Virus record (IMG/VR): IMGVR_UViG_2623620477_000001
Location: 1 to 64,000 of that record
Direction: 5' to 3' (one strand)
Length of the DNA: 64,000 bases
DNA from: a virus
Lineage: Duplodnaviria > Caudoviricetes
Shown: one piece after another, positions 36,026 through 46,066 of the stretch
Layout of the letters: every line of letters starts with the position of its first letter
Position numbering within the stretch: position 1 is the first letter of the stretch
Notes under the pieces: generated by a model
What the model was told of the DNA's origin: nothing
The model's database searches: none
The model's input: only the letters and a program-made list of their open reading frames with translations
Program-made: the position numbers and the translations under genes

Positions 36026-36617
36026 TTTGTGCCTCCACATCATCAATAAAAAACTTACTCTGCCTGTTTGTTGGTCGTGGACCGAGAGTAGATTTGAAAT
36101 CCAAATGCTGTACCAAGAACGGTACTTGCATCCAATATTTGAGTTTCATTTTACCAAGAACGTAGCCAATATAAGTATCAGAAGGATATGTCCATACTGA
36201 ATACTTAGTTTTATACCATTCACGGAATTGTGCAACATTTTCTGGCTTGATAATTTCATCACATACTGCCTTTGGGAAGTAATTGCACTGATTCCATTGA
36301 TAACGGCTTCCTGCGCGATATTCTGAATGCAGTGCAGTGCGTGAACAAGCTGATTCGAACATAGAGATTACTTCATTCGGGCGAGATGCAATAAGTTCTT
36401 CACAGCGTGTCTGAAAGTTCTTACACAACTGTACGTCATCTTCGAGTAATACTACTCCGTCAGCATCAGTTTTGAAGATGTTTACAAAACGCTCAAACAA
36501 CCCTTCTCTGCCACTCATAATAACATTCAGCGGAGGCAACTGTGATTTCATAATAGCCACATTGTCGATTCTCTGCTGATTGTTTTCAGTACATAATACT
36601 TTATATTCGATATTCAT
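36018..36617 (-). CDS. Glycosyltransferase-like protein (GT-A, LEDD)
   Basis: VVLLEDDV, PFLVQH. Confidence 0.65.
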   Translation of the reverse strand: MNIEYKVLCTENNQQRIDNVAIMKSQLPPLNVIMSGREGLFERFVNIFKTDADGVVLLEDDVQLCKNFQTRCEELIASRPNEVISMFESACSRTALHSEYRAGSRYQWNQCNYFPKAVCDEIIKPENVAQFREWYKTKYSVWTYPSDTYIGYVLGKMKLKYWMQVPFLVQHLDFKSTLGPRPTNRQSKFFIDDVEAQND

Positions 36618-36619
36618 AC

Positions 36620-37303
36620 TTACTTCCTTCCTGTCCACTTGTATTCATCTGTGTTCTCATAGATTTCGCCATAGTGCTTTTCCTCTTGGATCTGTTTTTC
36701 TGTTTTCCAAGACTGTCCGTACTGTGCTTTTTCGAAGAGTTTTGCAAAGCCTGTTACATACTTAAGTTTTACAATCTCCTCTTTCTCCATTCCAAGTTCT
36801 TTACAGATATCTGCGTCAGACCATCCATTCTGTAACATATTGAATACAAGGTTACTCATACCTGTTACGGCGTGGCTTCCTCTTGCTCTATTATGGCGGA
36901 CTGTGGCAGCCATACGTTCGTTCATTGTTTTATTGAGAACTACGATAGGCAAACAACCGTGATTGCGCTCGAGGATGTCCTTCTGTGTTTTACAAACGAA
37001 ATAGCGGTGGAATCCGTCAACAATTACATACTTATCCTTTTCTTTATCGTATACGGTAACTACTGGCTGTGTATACCCATCTTCTTTAATTGAGATATAC
37101 AATAACTGCATTTCCTTCTTTGCAACAGAGTTAGGATTGTAGTCATTTGGAGTTACCTTTTCGATTGGCACCCATATTACGTTATCAATAGGCTGTGATT
37201 TGTATTCTGACAGTTCAGCACAAACCTTGCGGATCTCGTTGATTACGGCAACCTTGTCCTTACTTCCATTTACAAGTTTAGTAATATCATCTTTTACACT
37301 CAT
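36620..37303 (-). CDS. ParB/Srx-domain protein, IbrB-like
   Basis: NDYNPNSVA, GYTQPVV, IVDGFHR, ATVRHNRARG. Confidence 0.9.
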   Translation of the reverse strand: MSVKDDITKLVNGSKDKVAVINEIRKVCAELSEYKSQPIDNVIWVPIEKVTPNDYNPNSVAKKEMQLLYISIKEDGYTQPVVTVYDKEKDKYVIVDGFHRYFVCKTQKDILERNHGCLPIVVLNKTMNERMAATVRHNRARGSHAVTGMSNLVFNMLQNGWSDADICKELGMEKEEIVKLKYVTGFAKLFEKAQYGQSWKTEKQIQEEKHYGEIYENTDEYKWTGRK

Positions 37304-37305
37304 TC

Positions 37306-38439
37306 TTATTCTCCTTTCTTATTTTCGTTTATGATTACCTTATGTTTTTCACGCAACCAAGCACGATACTTAGGGTTTGTATAAACATTCTCAATTGTTG
37401 TGAAATAGTAATCATCAAGAAGTATGCACTTTACGAAAGTCTGTGCAAAACCGTCAATCTCTGGGTGTCCTTCAAAATCAAGCATAAGTTTAAGGTACTT
37501 GTTTCTGAAAGCAAGTCGATGTTCTTCTTTTACGAGGTGGTCGATAAGATAAAGTACATATTCATTCCAACCACTGAACATAGAAGGATAAGTTTCGGGA
37601 ACACATCGTGCGATAGAACAGTGTTTTTCAGTGTTTACTCCGTGAAGTCTTTCTACTGCCTTGTTCCAAGTGTCAGGCTCAAGTTCCTGTAAATACGAAA
37701 GCGATTTAAGTGCGGTTTCGTGGTTGAGGTTAGAAACACGCATTTTTGGCATCGGTACACCTTTTGCATACATAAAATTATAGATTCCGTTATAGTCGCA
37801 CTTGTTGTCAAAAATAAACTTCCAAATATCTCGGTAAGACCAATCGTACAGAGGATAGAACGTTACTTTTGCACAGTTCTCTTCCCACTTGTCGATATGT
37901 CCATATGTGATGTCTTTCCAACATCTGCGTGATGTACAAGCCAATACACGCTTTGGAGTTTCTTCTCCGCGGACACCACCGATATTGGCACAGTCTTTAC
38001 CCTCAAACATTTTTGCTTGTACAGCACCAAATATTTCGTGGAATCGCATAGTACCAAAGGTATTTTCCTTAATAGCACAAGGCTCTTTTTCACGCATCCA
38101 TTTTCCGCCCTCTTCCCAACACCAAAGCCATTCAGAATCGTGACTTGTAGCATTGAAGATTTTCATAGGCATCTGCAACCAAATAGGCTCTACTTCTGGT
38201 CTGCTCATAACACGACGGACATAATCTACGGTGTGTTGCCACTCGATTTCCTGGTCTATGAACAGTACTTTGAGAGGAAGTCTGTTTCTCTGTCTTGCTA
38301 CGGCAAGGCACAATTCGAGAACTACAGTTGAATCCTTTCCGCCAGAAAACGATACAACAATATTTTCGAAATCATCGAAGATTCTATTGATGCGTTTAAT
38401 GGCAGCGTCAAAAACGTTCTCTTCCATATAGATTTTCAT
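37306..38439 (-). CDS. PAPS-reductase-family protein, IbrA-like
   Basis: SFSGGKDS PP-loop, FIDQE, YPLYDW, MRVS. Confidence 0.9.
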   Translation of the reverse strand: MKIYMEENVFDAAIKRINRIFDDFENIVVSFSGGKDSTVVLELCLAVARQRNRLPLKVLFIDQEIEWQHTVDYVRRVMSRPEVEPIWLQMPMKIFNATSHDSEWLWCWEEGGKWMREKEPCAIKENTFGTMRFHEIFGAVQAKMFEGKDCANIGGVRGEETPKRVLACTSRRCWKDITYGHIDKWEENCAKVTFYPLYDWSYRDIWKFIFDNKCDYNGIYNFMYAKGVPMPKMRVSNLNHETALKSLSYLQELEPDTWNKAVERLHGVNTEKHCSIARCVPETYPSMFSGWNEYVLYLIDHLVKEEHRLAFRNKYLKLMLDFEGHPEIDGFAQTFVKCILLDDYYFTTIENVYTNPKYRAWLREKHKVIINENKKGE

Positions 38440-38996
38440 AATTTGCCACTCACTATTACATAATTATTAAACTCCTCATAAGAGAAGTTCTTAGATAATT
38501 TGCGGAGATACTTCTTATATGCAGAAAATCCGTAAATCTTAATCTTATTGTGTCCAAGCGAATGTGCAATTGGTGTATAGCCATCTTTGGCAAACATCAA
38601 AAACACTTCCGCGCCATTATTTGCTATATTCTTAATTTTGGTTATTGCTCTTGGTTTGATATAAGATGGACTGTTGTAAAGGCTTACGATAGTGTCATAT
38701 TTTTCAGACATATCCATTTCTTCAAACTTACAACACTGACATTTTTTATCACCATATTTAAGAATAAGTTTTTTCAACATCTTAAAACAAGGGTCTACAC
38801 CATTGTAATCATAGGCGAACTCTGGAACTTTTTTGTATTTATACAAATCAATCAAAAGTCCTGTTCCGCAACCAATGTCAAGAACCTTTCCATTTGCAGG
38901 AACTTTTTTTGCAACTTCATAATCCTCTTCTCTGTACTTTGCAGATGAAAAAAAGTTGTCGTAGTTATCTGCTATTTCGTCATAATCTGCTTTCAC
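38436..38996 (-). CDS. Class I SAM-dependent methyltransferase
   Basis: VLDIGCGTG, GVDP motifs. Confidence 0.85.
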   Translation of the reverse strand: MKADYDEIADNYDNFFSSAKYREEDYEVAKKVPANGKVLDIGCGTGLLIDLYKYKKVPEFAYDYNGVDPCFKMLKKLILKYGDKKCQCCKFEEMDMSEKYDTIVSLYNSPSYIKPRAITKIKNIANNGAEVFLMFAKDGYTPIAHSLGHNKIKIYGFSAYKKYLRKLSKNFSYEEFNNYVIVSGKL

Positions 38997-39856
38997 TGTG
39001 CTAAAATCTCCTGTATCTGTTCCATTGTAAGTTCAAACTGTGAATAGCAGAATGGACAAGTGAATGGCACTTTGTCTGTTGTTGGTGTAGAAGGATTTTG
39101 AACGGTTGTTACTTCTTCTGATGTCACACCTTCTTCTGGCTCAAAAATCTCAAATGGTGATGGCTCTGCGGTTTCAGAAGCGGTTTCGAATGATTCTCCG
39201 AACTGTGGTGTTTCCATGCTCTGCTGTGAATCAGCCCAAGTTTGTTCTACGCTACCGTCATTTCCTTTGAATATATCTTCTGTTGGATGTTGAGAAACAC
39301 TTCCACCAATCTGCAGAGATGATGAAGGCATACTTGGCTGAATTGGTGGTACAGATGTCTGCGGTGCAGATCCGCCAATAACCATTGCATTACCCTTGCG
39401 AACCAAATCTCCCTTGGATTCAAAAGAGAAGTTAATTTTATCCATATGAATATTAAGGTCGTTCAAGTTAATTTTACAGTCTTTTGCGAAGAAGTTCAGA
39501 GAACCTTCGGTAATCTTTCCATAACGAGAGTTTACCTGTAAAACCTTCTCTTTTGCCTCTTCTTCATCTTTTGCATCAACAAAAACAACTGGAATGTTAT
39601 CAAGGATAAATCCTTCATCTTTCAACTGCTTAAGAGCAAGATAACGAGCCTTTCCATCAAGAATAACATTGTGGTTTTTCCAAACAAAAATCGGAAAAAG
39701 GAATCCATTCTCTTTCATTGAATCCTTAAGTCGCTCAATATCGTGGCTTGTTCTGTTTTTTATATCTGATGCAAACGCTGTAATTTCAGCCAATGTCAAT
39801 GTATCTTTTGTTTTACACTTATTAAGAATAGGTTTCATTCTACCAACCTCCACCAA
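38993..39856 (-). CDS. ParB-like N-terminal domain protein with C-terminal CxxC
   Basis: GFLFPIFVW, ILDGKAR, CPFC; paralog of next gene. Confidence 0.75.
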   Translation of the reverse strand: MVEVGRMKPILNKCKTKDTLTLAEITAFASDIKNRTSHDIERLKDSMKENGFLFPIFVWKNHNVILDGKARYLALKQLKDEGFILDNIPVVFVDAKDEEEAKEKVLQVNSRYGKITEGSLNFFAKDCKINLNDLNIHMDKINFSFESKGDLVRKGNAMVIGGSAPQTSVPPIQPSMPSSSLQIGGSVSQHPTEDIFKGNDGSVEQTWADSQQSMETPQFGESFETASETAEPSPFEIFEPEEGVTSEEVTTVQNPSTPTTDKVPFTCPFCYSQFELTMEQIQEILAQ

Positions 39857-40496
39857 TCTTCATTAAAAGGTCATCCCTTTTTATACTCATTGTCTTGCCA
39901 CAACAAGGACACTTAAATGAACACAACTGACTTGCAATTGCCTTGCGGTCGTTTTCAACCTTTTCTTGAATCCAATCATTGTACTCGTTGATTGTAGCCT
40001 CTGACGGAGAAGAATCTGCAAATGTAGGCATATGGTCGATAGTTGTCTTAATAGGCTCTTTGACAACTACTGGCTTAATTTCCTTAAGTTCCTGTTCAAA
40101 ACGGATATCGATTGATTTGAAATCAAAGTTCATACCCTTAGAGAACTGAACAAAAGAATTGTTTGTAATATCACCAAAACGCGAGTTAATACGAAGCAAT
40201 TTTTCTTTTGCATCATTGTCATTTTCGGCTGTGATATAAACTACTGGAAGCGGTGGGATTTCATATCCTTCTTTTTCGAGTTCATTTAATGCCAACTCTC
40301 TTCCGTGTCCATCAAGAATGTAATTCCAATTCTTATTCTTCCAAACGAAGAACGGGAAACTGAATCCATACTTAATAATTGATTTCTTTACTTTATCAAC
40401 ATCCTGTTCATCACGGAACTTCAACTTTCCCTGAAACTTAGTAAGTTGATGAAGGTCAAGAAAATCGCCTGTACTACAAGTAATTGCTATTTTCAT
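39840..40496 (-). CDS. ParB-like N-terminal domain protein with C-terminal CxxC
   Basis: GFSFPFFVW, ILDGHGR, CPCCG. Confidence 0.8.
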   Translation of the reverse strand: MKIAITCSTGDFLDLHQLTKFQGKLKFRDEQDVDKVKKSIIKYGFSFPFFVWKNKNWNYILDGHGRELALNELEKEGYEIPPLPVVYITAENDNDAKEKLLRINSRFGDITNNSFVQFSKGMNFDFKSIDIRFEQELKEIKPVVVKEPIKTTIDHMPTFADSSPSEATINEYNDWIQEKVENDRKAIASQLCSFKCPCCGKTMSIKRDDLLMKIGGGW

Positions 40497-41113
40497 TTTT
40501 CATGCTCCCTTTTCTTTTCTGCATTATCATAATCAAACATTGGACTAATTCGTATTGGGCGACTTCCACAAACTACGCTCTTGTTTTCTTCGTGCCCCGC
40601 AAGATTAGGAACAGTAACAAATATACTGTCATAGCCGTAACGTTCAAGAAATCTTCTAAAGAACAAATCATCGGCTTGCATTTTCATATATTTGTTATAA
40701 GCACTTACTGTTTTACATTCATCAGTAAGAAAGAACTCCAAAAAACCTTGCGAAATCTTTTTTGGAATGTATGTACACAACATCCACCCCGCCTCTTTTG
40801 CAGGGTAAAAACCTTCTTTATCAATTATTTTATCACCATTGTACTCTGTTTTCCCTTTAAGGAATGGCGTTGAAAATACGATTACATTGTCGGGGTGTTG
40901 TTTCACCACGGCTCTGCACTTTCCCATAAAATCTTTGCAAAGGAGAATATCGTCTTGAATATATACGGCATCATCGTCCGCCAATTCAATTGCTTTCAGA
41001 AAACTCCAAATGCAACCATTATGATTTACGTCATTTACAATAATTGGTTGATATAACAATCGTTCAAGGTATGACGTATTTCTTTCTGGAACTTTGCGAA
41101 TTACAAACTTCAT
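40493..41113 (-). CDS. Glycosyltransferase-like protein
   Basis: VYIQDDILLC, VPNLAGH; similar to the 36018 gene. Confidence 0.6.
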   Translation of the reverse strand: MKFVIRKVPERNTSYLERLLYQPIIVNDVNHNGCIWSFLKAIELADDDAVYIQDDILLCKDFMGKCRAVVKQHPDNVIVFSTPFLKGKTEYNGDKIIDKEGFYPAKEAGWMLCTYIPKKISQGFLEFFLTDECKTVSAYNKYMKMQADDLFFRRFLERYGYDSIFVTVPNLAGHEENKSVVCGSRPIRISPMFDYDNAEKKREHEK

Positions 41114-41159
41114 TTTCCACCCGAAATACTTAGTTTGGTAGTAGTTTTTGGCAAAAAAA

Positions 41160-41189
41160 ATGCTACACTAGATATATTTAGTGTAGCAT
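41160..41189 (-). terminator. Intrinsic terminator overlapping next promoter
   Basis: ATGCTACACTA-8nt-TAGTGTAGCAT followed by T-run on - strand. Confidence 0.75.
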
Positions 41190-41208
41190 CGGTATAAAAA
41201 ATTGTCAA
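41180..41208 (-). promoter_or_regulatory. Sigma70-type promoter for modification/packaging genes
   Basis: TTGACA-17-TACACT. Confidence 0.65.
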
Positions 41209-41212
41209 ATAG

Positions 41213-41226
41213 TTCGCACGTGCGAA
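41213..41226. promoter_or_regulatory. Palindrome TTCGCACGTGCGAA, copy 2
   Basis: Perfect palindrome 4 nt upstream of -35. Confidence 0.85.
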
Positions 41227-41229
41227 ATG

Positions 41230-41910
41230 CTAGATTCTGTCAAGCCAATAGATTTTTGGCATTCGTTTTGGGTCATCGATAAGACCTCTATTCATCACCC
41301 AAGTTGTATTCATAGGATCTCCCATTGTCCAATACTGCATATCATCAACACATAATACAGTATAAACAGTCTTGAGCATCTTCTGACGTTCACCATACTT
41401 TCTGATAAACATAGCCCAACGTTCAAACTCTGCTCTATTCTTTTTGCAAGAATCACAGAATCCACTGCACTTTCCATCTTCTTTCTTTTTCCAACAAGGA
41501 TAATTGATGATGTACTGATGTGGACAAAAATCTTTCATTGTAGAAGAAGACTTCCAATAATTTCGCGCAATATACGCCTTAAACTCACTCATTTCTGCCA
41601 TCGAAGGTCTTGGATGGTCGGGAGGCAATTCACCCCTTACATTTGGTTGAGGTAAACAAGAAGTTGCTAATTCTTCCTGTGTTTGTTTTACCTCAAATAC
41701 ATATTCCTCACAATAACTCTGCTCTTGAAATCCACCAATAATTACTCTCTCAACATCTTCCTTTTGATTGACGAAGAGCACTTGGCAAACGAGACCTTTC
41801 TTTTCATATGCTGGCTTTAATCGCTGACTGTGTTCTACATTCATATTACCTTCTACGATTGTAGGAATACCGTCATCAAATAAGTCAGGTGTCAGATCCT
41901 TAAGTTTCAT
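41230..41910 (-). CDS. Hypothetical protein
   Basis: 226 aa; PHQYI...YWTMGDP C-terminal domain. Confidence 0.6.
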   Translation of the reverse strand: MKLKDLTPDLFDDGIPTIVEGNMNVEHSQRLKPAYEKKGLVCQVLFVNQKEDVERVIIGGFQEQSYCEEYVFEVKQTQEELATSCLPQPNVRGELPPDHPRPSMAEMSEFKAYIARNYWKSSSTMKDFCPHQYIINYPCWKKKEDGKCSGFCDSCKKNRAEFERWAMFIRKYGERQKMLKTVYTVLCVDDMQYWTMGDPMNTTWVMNRGLIDDPKRMPKIYWLDRI

Positions 41911-42618
41911 TTACGCTCCTTTCTTTTTATTATCGTCATGTTTTGCAGTAAAGATTTCAACATAATCTTTATAAAGACCACTTTTTTCAAGATAATTCAT
42001 TACATCTTTTATTCGCTTTTCAAGAACCCACAAGTTTTCTTCCTGTCTCATTTCGAACTCTACTTCGTGGACATCGCGAGGAATCCTTGACTCTTTATAA
42101 TCAGCAACGAGATATTCAAAAGTGTTTATTCCCGTACAAAGAGAATACATATAATGCTGACTACGTTTTACATAATGATAACCACCTTTGTACTTTCCTG
42201 TAGTCTTAATATCGATAATTTTATTTGGGAACATAATATCTGCATAGCCAAATAAATGGAACTCTTTGTCTCCGAATTGAACGTCTTTCATAACGGGAAC
42301 TTGCTGTTGCCCATTACGACATTTCTGCGCAATTTTTAATGTCGGATAAACAGCAATGTCGACATCATAGCCTTTTACTCCTCTCGCCTCGTACCACTGT
42401 CTTGCATACATTTTGAACTGTTCGTCATTTAAATTATTGCAGTTCTGACAGACAAGATTTTCAAAATCAATTCCTCTCTGACACGCTTCGGAAGTTGGTC
42501 GCTCCTCTCGTTTTATCATTGCGATAAACTCTTGAACCGCTCTGTCCTTCCAATCTTTTGGACAAGATATAAGCCAATCATAACTGTCCAATAAACTACT
42601 TGTGATTAAATATTTCAT
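41911..42618 (-). CDS. PD-(D/E)XK nuclease-like protein
   Basis: GYAD...IIDIKTT, QHYMY motifs. Confidence 0.75.
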   Translation of the reverse strand: MKYLITSSLLDSYDWLISCPKDWKDRAVQEFIAMIKREERPTSEACQRGIDFENLVCQNCNNLNDEQFKMYARQWYEARGVKGYDVDIAVYPTLKIAQKCRNGQQQVPVMKDVQFGDKEFHLFGYADIMFPNKIIDIKTTGKYKGGYHYVKRSQHYMYSLCTGINTFEYLVADYKESRIPRDVHEVEFEMRQEENLWVLEKRIKDVMNYLEKSGLYKDYVEIFTAKHDDNKKKGA

Positions 42619-43102
42619 TCAGCCTCCTCACCTATTTCTTGCAAATCATAATAATTTCTTGAATAATTTTTACCGATAAGCCAATATAGTTTTTCTTTTG
42701 CTTCATCTTCGTCTTTCGCCCAAAACTCGATAACCATTCCTTTTTTTGTAACTTCATCAGAAATATCTGCTTTATACTTTTTTAAGTCTAACAACTTGCC
42801 CCTCCATTTTCTACATTACAGAAGATTCCATATCTACATCGCAGTAGTTTCCGTAGAATAAAATATTGAACTCGTCTTCGTCTGTCCAAACTCCATTTTC
42901 ATCACAAACCTGTGCACATTCATAAAGTTTATCAACAATAGAATCCTCAAGTTCTCTTACTTTATCTACGGTTATATCAAATCGTTCTGCAATTCCCTTG
43001 AAAGTAAAAATACGATTTCCCGAAGTTGTTCCTGCACAACCTTTTACAACCATATAATTTGCTATGGCTTCAACAAAAAGTTCTTCTTTAATTGCATAAG
43101 GC

Positions 43103-43591
43103 TTATTCATATTCTGCTCCTATCAACACAGACAAGATATGAGTCTTATCCTCATCATCAACCATAGCAGTACAGAACCTTTTCTTGAGATCCTCAATCT
43201 GCTCATCAGTGAGAGAACTAAGATTATCTTCTTCATCGTGATTACAAATCAAAGCATTTCCGACCAACATTGGCTGGTGATTACTGTCAAAAACACTTGG
43301 AATTGCAGGTTGTCTGTACAATCCTTCGTCATCTACGACGAAATCATACCAATTGTCTCCGACCTTTCTCTCTGTAACGTCGATAAGCTCACAATCGCAT
43401 AATTTATACAGATTATCAAGAGTGTCTTCGAACTCAACAACATTTACCCCTTTCATTTTGTAAACATCTATCAACAGTCCTTTGATAACAGGTTTTCCTG
43501 TGCCTGTTTCAAGTTCATAATAATCTTGAAGGACAATATTTTCTGCCTCAGAAAGTTTTTCTTTTACCTTTTCACAAGTTTCTTCTTTCAT
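43103..43591 (-). CDS. DUF3846-like protein
   Basis: VVDDEGL...LVGNALIC...SLTDEQI. Confidence 0.6.
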   Translation of the reverse strand: MKEETCEKVKEKLSEAENIVLQDYYELETGTGKPVIKGLLIDVYKMKGVNVVEFEDTLDNLYKLCDCELIDVTERKVGDNWYDFVVDDEGLYRQPAIPSVFDSNHQPMLVGNALICNHDEEDNLSSLTDEQIEDLKKRFCTAMVDDEDKTHILSVLIGAEYE

Positions 43592-43753
43592 TACAAACCT
43601 CCTATTTTCCTATAAAATAATAAGCATCTGACACAGCCTGTTCTTCTTTTCTGTTCATTACCATACAGAACATACAAGCATCACCTTCTCCGTAAAAATC
43701 TGCTACCAAAGTAACATCGCCACCGTGCCTTACATACACCTTGTATTTCTTCA

Positions 43754-44590
43754 TTACTTTCCTCCTTTCTTTTCAAGTAATATTCCTTTTTCCAAAGCCA
43801 ACTTTTCTGCATCAAATCCACATCGCTTACAGTCATAATAAGTGATGTAAACTGAACCTTTTTCGTTCATCTTGAACTTATCTCTGAACGCATTTTCCAT
43901 AGCACCTGCCTGTAATGCGTATCCATACCCTTTGCTAAATCTTTTTTCTGTACACTTAGGAAATGTTTCCAACCACTTAAACCCTTGTCGTCTAAACATA
44001 GCAGTATGCGCAATCGGATAAGCCATTTTCTGCAGATTGAACGGTTGCTGATAATCTTTTATCTCTATCCCACAGCCATAAACTGAATTATTGCAATGAG
44101 ATACAATAGGCATTATATCAATCTTTACTCTGATTCCTATTTTCTCAAGCAATATGCACAACTTCAAAACTGCCATTCCAGACTTCATCAATTCCTCACT
44201 TGTCTGATTGCAATTTCCTGTGTTATTGAAGTAGATGTGCATAAACTTCTTTTCAATCTTCTTTCTTGGAGTATTTGCCCACATCGCTTTCGGAACTCCT
44301 TTTATTGCAGCGGGTACTATCGGTGCAAATCCTGCCATATTTGGTTTATGTTTTACACATATCCTTTCTACTTGTTTGGAATACTTCTGCAATTCAGTTT
44401 TCATATCATCTACTTTCGCAGACCAACCTTTTGCAAGTAAATCTTCTGCAATTTCAAATGTTTTAGTTCCACTCCAAGAACTGATTTGTTGACTTGAATG
44501 ATTATAACGCATAACTTCATTGGTTTTTCTGCTGTTTATTATATTGTCAAACTCATAAATGCTCTTAAACTTCTCAAACTGCAAATCCAT
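43754..44590 (-). CDS. VWA-like partner of MoxR-type ATPase
   Basis: VPAAIKGVPKAM, HTAMFRR; directly downstream of AAA gene. Confidence 0.6.
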   Translation of the reverse strand: MDLQFEKFKSIYEFDNIINSRKTNEVMRYNHSSQQISSWSGTKTFEIAEDLLAKGWSAKVDDMKTELQKYSKQVERICVKHKPNMAGFAPIVPAAIKGVPKAMWANTPRKKIEKKFMHIYFNNTGNCNQTSEELMKSGMAVLKLCILLEKIGIRVKIDIMPIVSHCNNSVYGCGIEIKDYQQPFNLQKMAYPIAHTAMFRRQGFKWLETFPKCTEKRFSKGYGYALQAGAMENAFRDKFKMNEKGSVYITYYDCKRCGFDAEKLALEKGILLEKKGGK

Positions 44591-44600
44591 GACCTACCTC

Positions 44601-45719
44601 CTACGCTGTAAGTTCGAACTCCTGCTGTTCTGGAATCTTCCACTTTACATTCTCACCTTTGCACGCTCTGTAGTACAAGTTATTTTTATCAATCATATTG
44701 TTCAGAATGTTCTGCAAGTCATCATCTGCCATTGTTCGAATCAAGCAATCTCTCATAACTTCTTTCAGCGTCAATTCACCTTTCATACTAACAATCTGCT
44801 TTAAGTTTCGATAACTTACTATAACCAAGATTCCGTTCTTTTCTGTCTGTCTGCGGAACGCATCAATGAAATCGACCAATTCTTCATCACCTTCCGCAAT
44901 ACTCATTTCAACCTGTCTGTTGTAATCAACACGGATTGGAACGAATCGGTTCAGTGTTGAAGCATCCAACTGCTCACCAAGATACTGTTCGTCAGAACCT
45001 GTTCCTATTGTGTTAGTTGCACTCATAAACACAAGTGCCTTAAACTCAAGGTGTTCGTCGTTCGGGAACGTGAACTCTTTCTTATCCAACGCTTCATTGA
45101 ATATCTTCAAAACCTCACCGTCTGAACAATCCATTTCATCAAACAAGAACACCGCTTTACGACCCTCGGCTACTGCCTTACAAGCATCATAAAACGGTGT
45201 TTTCACAAACCTCGAATTGGCATCTACAAACCCTGTCAGTCCGTACTCATTCTTTACGGCATTGACTTCATAGAACTCTGCATCGAATAACTCGGCAACC
45301 TTTCTTGCCAAGAAACCTTTTCCTGTTCCCGCAGGACCAACCATTTGAACATTGTTTCCTTTCTTTGCATACGAAACAATCTTGTTGAACACTGGCGGTA
45401 ACGTTACATTTGACTTTTGCTTATCAGCAAGCATCATCTTTGGCTTTGGCTTCAAGTCATAATCATCAGCCAATCTCTTCACCACTGAATCTGCAATCCT
45501 TTTTGCAATCTGTTCATCTTCCATTTCATTCCCCTTGTATTCGATTGGATAAGATATAAACCTACCCATAGATTTGCCGAAGTAGATAGAACCTTCCTTC
45601 TGAAGTTCCCTCAAAACATCCCATACTTTGTGAGATGTTGTTCCAAGCCTATCTGCAATCTCTGCAGCCGTGATTCCGTTTCCCTTGTCTCTTACGACTT
45701 CCAATACATCTTCTTTCAT
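44601..45719 (-). CDS. MoxR/CbbQ-like AAA+ ATPase with N-terminal HTH
   Basis: GPAGTGKG Walker A, FLFDEMD Walker B, ATNT, LDASTLNRF; ITAAEIADRLG HTH. Confidence 0.88.
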   Translation of the reverse strand: MKEDVLEVVRDKGNGITAAEIADRLGTTSHKVWDVLRELQKEGSIYFGKSMGRFISYPIEYKGNEMEDEQIAKRIADSVVKRLADDYDLKPKPKMMLADKQKSNVTLPPVFNKIVSYAKKGNNVQMVGPAGTGKGFLARKVAELFDAEFYEVNAVKNEYGLTGFVDANSRFVKTPFYDACKAVAEGRKAVFLFDEMDCSDGEVLKIFNEALDKKEFTFPNDEHLEFKALVFMSATNTIGTGSDEQYLGEQLDASTLNRFVPIRVDYNRQVEMSIAEGDEELVDFIDAFRRQTEKNGILVIVSYRNLKQIVSMKGELTLKEVMRDCLIRTMADDDLQNILNNMIDKNNLYYRACKGENVKWKIPEQQEFELTA

Positions 45720-45988
45720 TACCAACCTCCTTAGCAATAAACAACCACACACCAAGAGTTAGAGTCATTTTCATCACCTTGCCAAATCATAAAGTCGATT
45801 ACGTGTTCAGTGAGAACTTTTCGAATACTCTCAAGATAACCTTCTAAAATAACCTTTGCTTTTTCAGAAAGCATACAGAAGTGCAATTCACCGCCGTAAT
45901 TTACGGACTCCCATTCTTCTCCAAGTACTGACAATGTGTTTTGCATTGCTTCGAACAACTCGTTATCTTTCATTCCTTACCACCTTAC

Positions 45989-46002
45989 TTCGCACGTGCG
46001 AA
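45989..46002. promoter_or_regulatory. Palindrome TTCGCACGTGCGAA, copy 3
   Basis: Perfect palindrome between promoter and RBS of the 45973 gene. Confidence 0.85.
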
Positions 46003-46037
46003 GATTTTTTATAAGTTATAATTTAGTTTATGATTCT

Positions 46038-46066
46038 ATTATAACGTGTCGGTGGTCTTCTGTCAA
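46038..46066 (-). promoter_or_regulatory. Consensus sigma70 promoter
   Basis: TTGACA-17-TATAAT. Confidence 0.85.

Noticed and set aside
9264-40873. Many + strand ORFs opposite the structural and modification genes
   Set aside because: Antisense shadows of real - strand genes with no SD or recognisable motifs.
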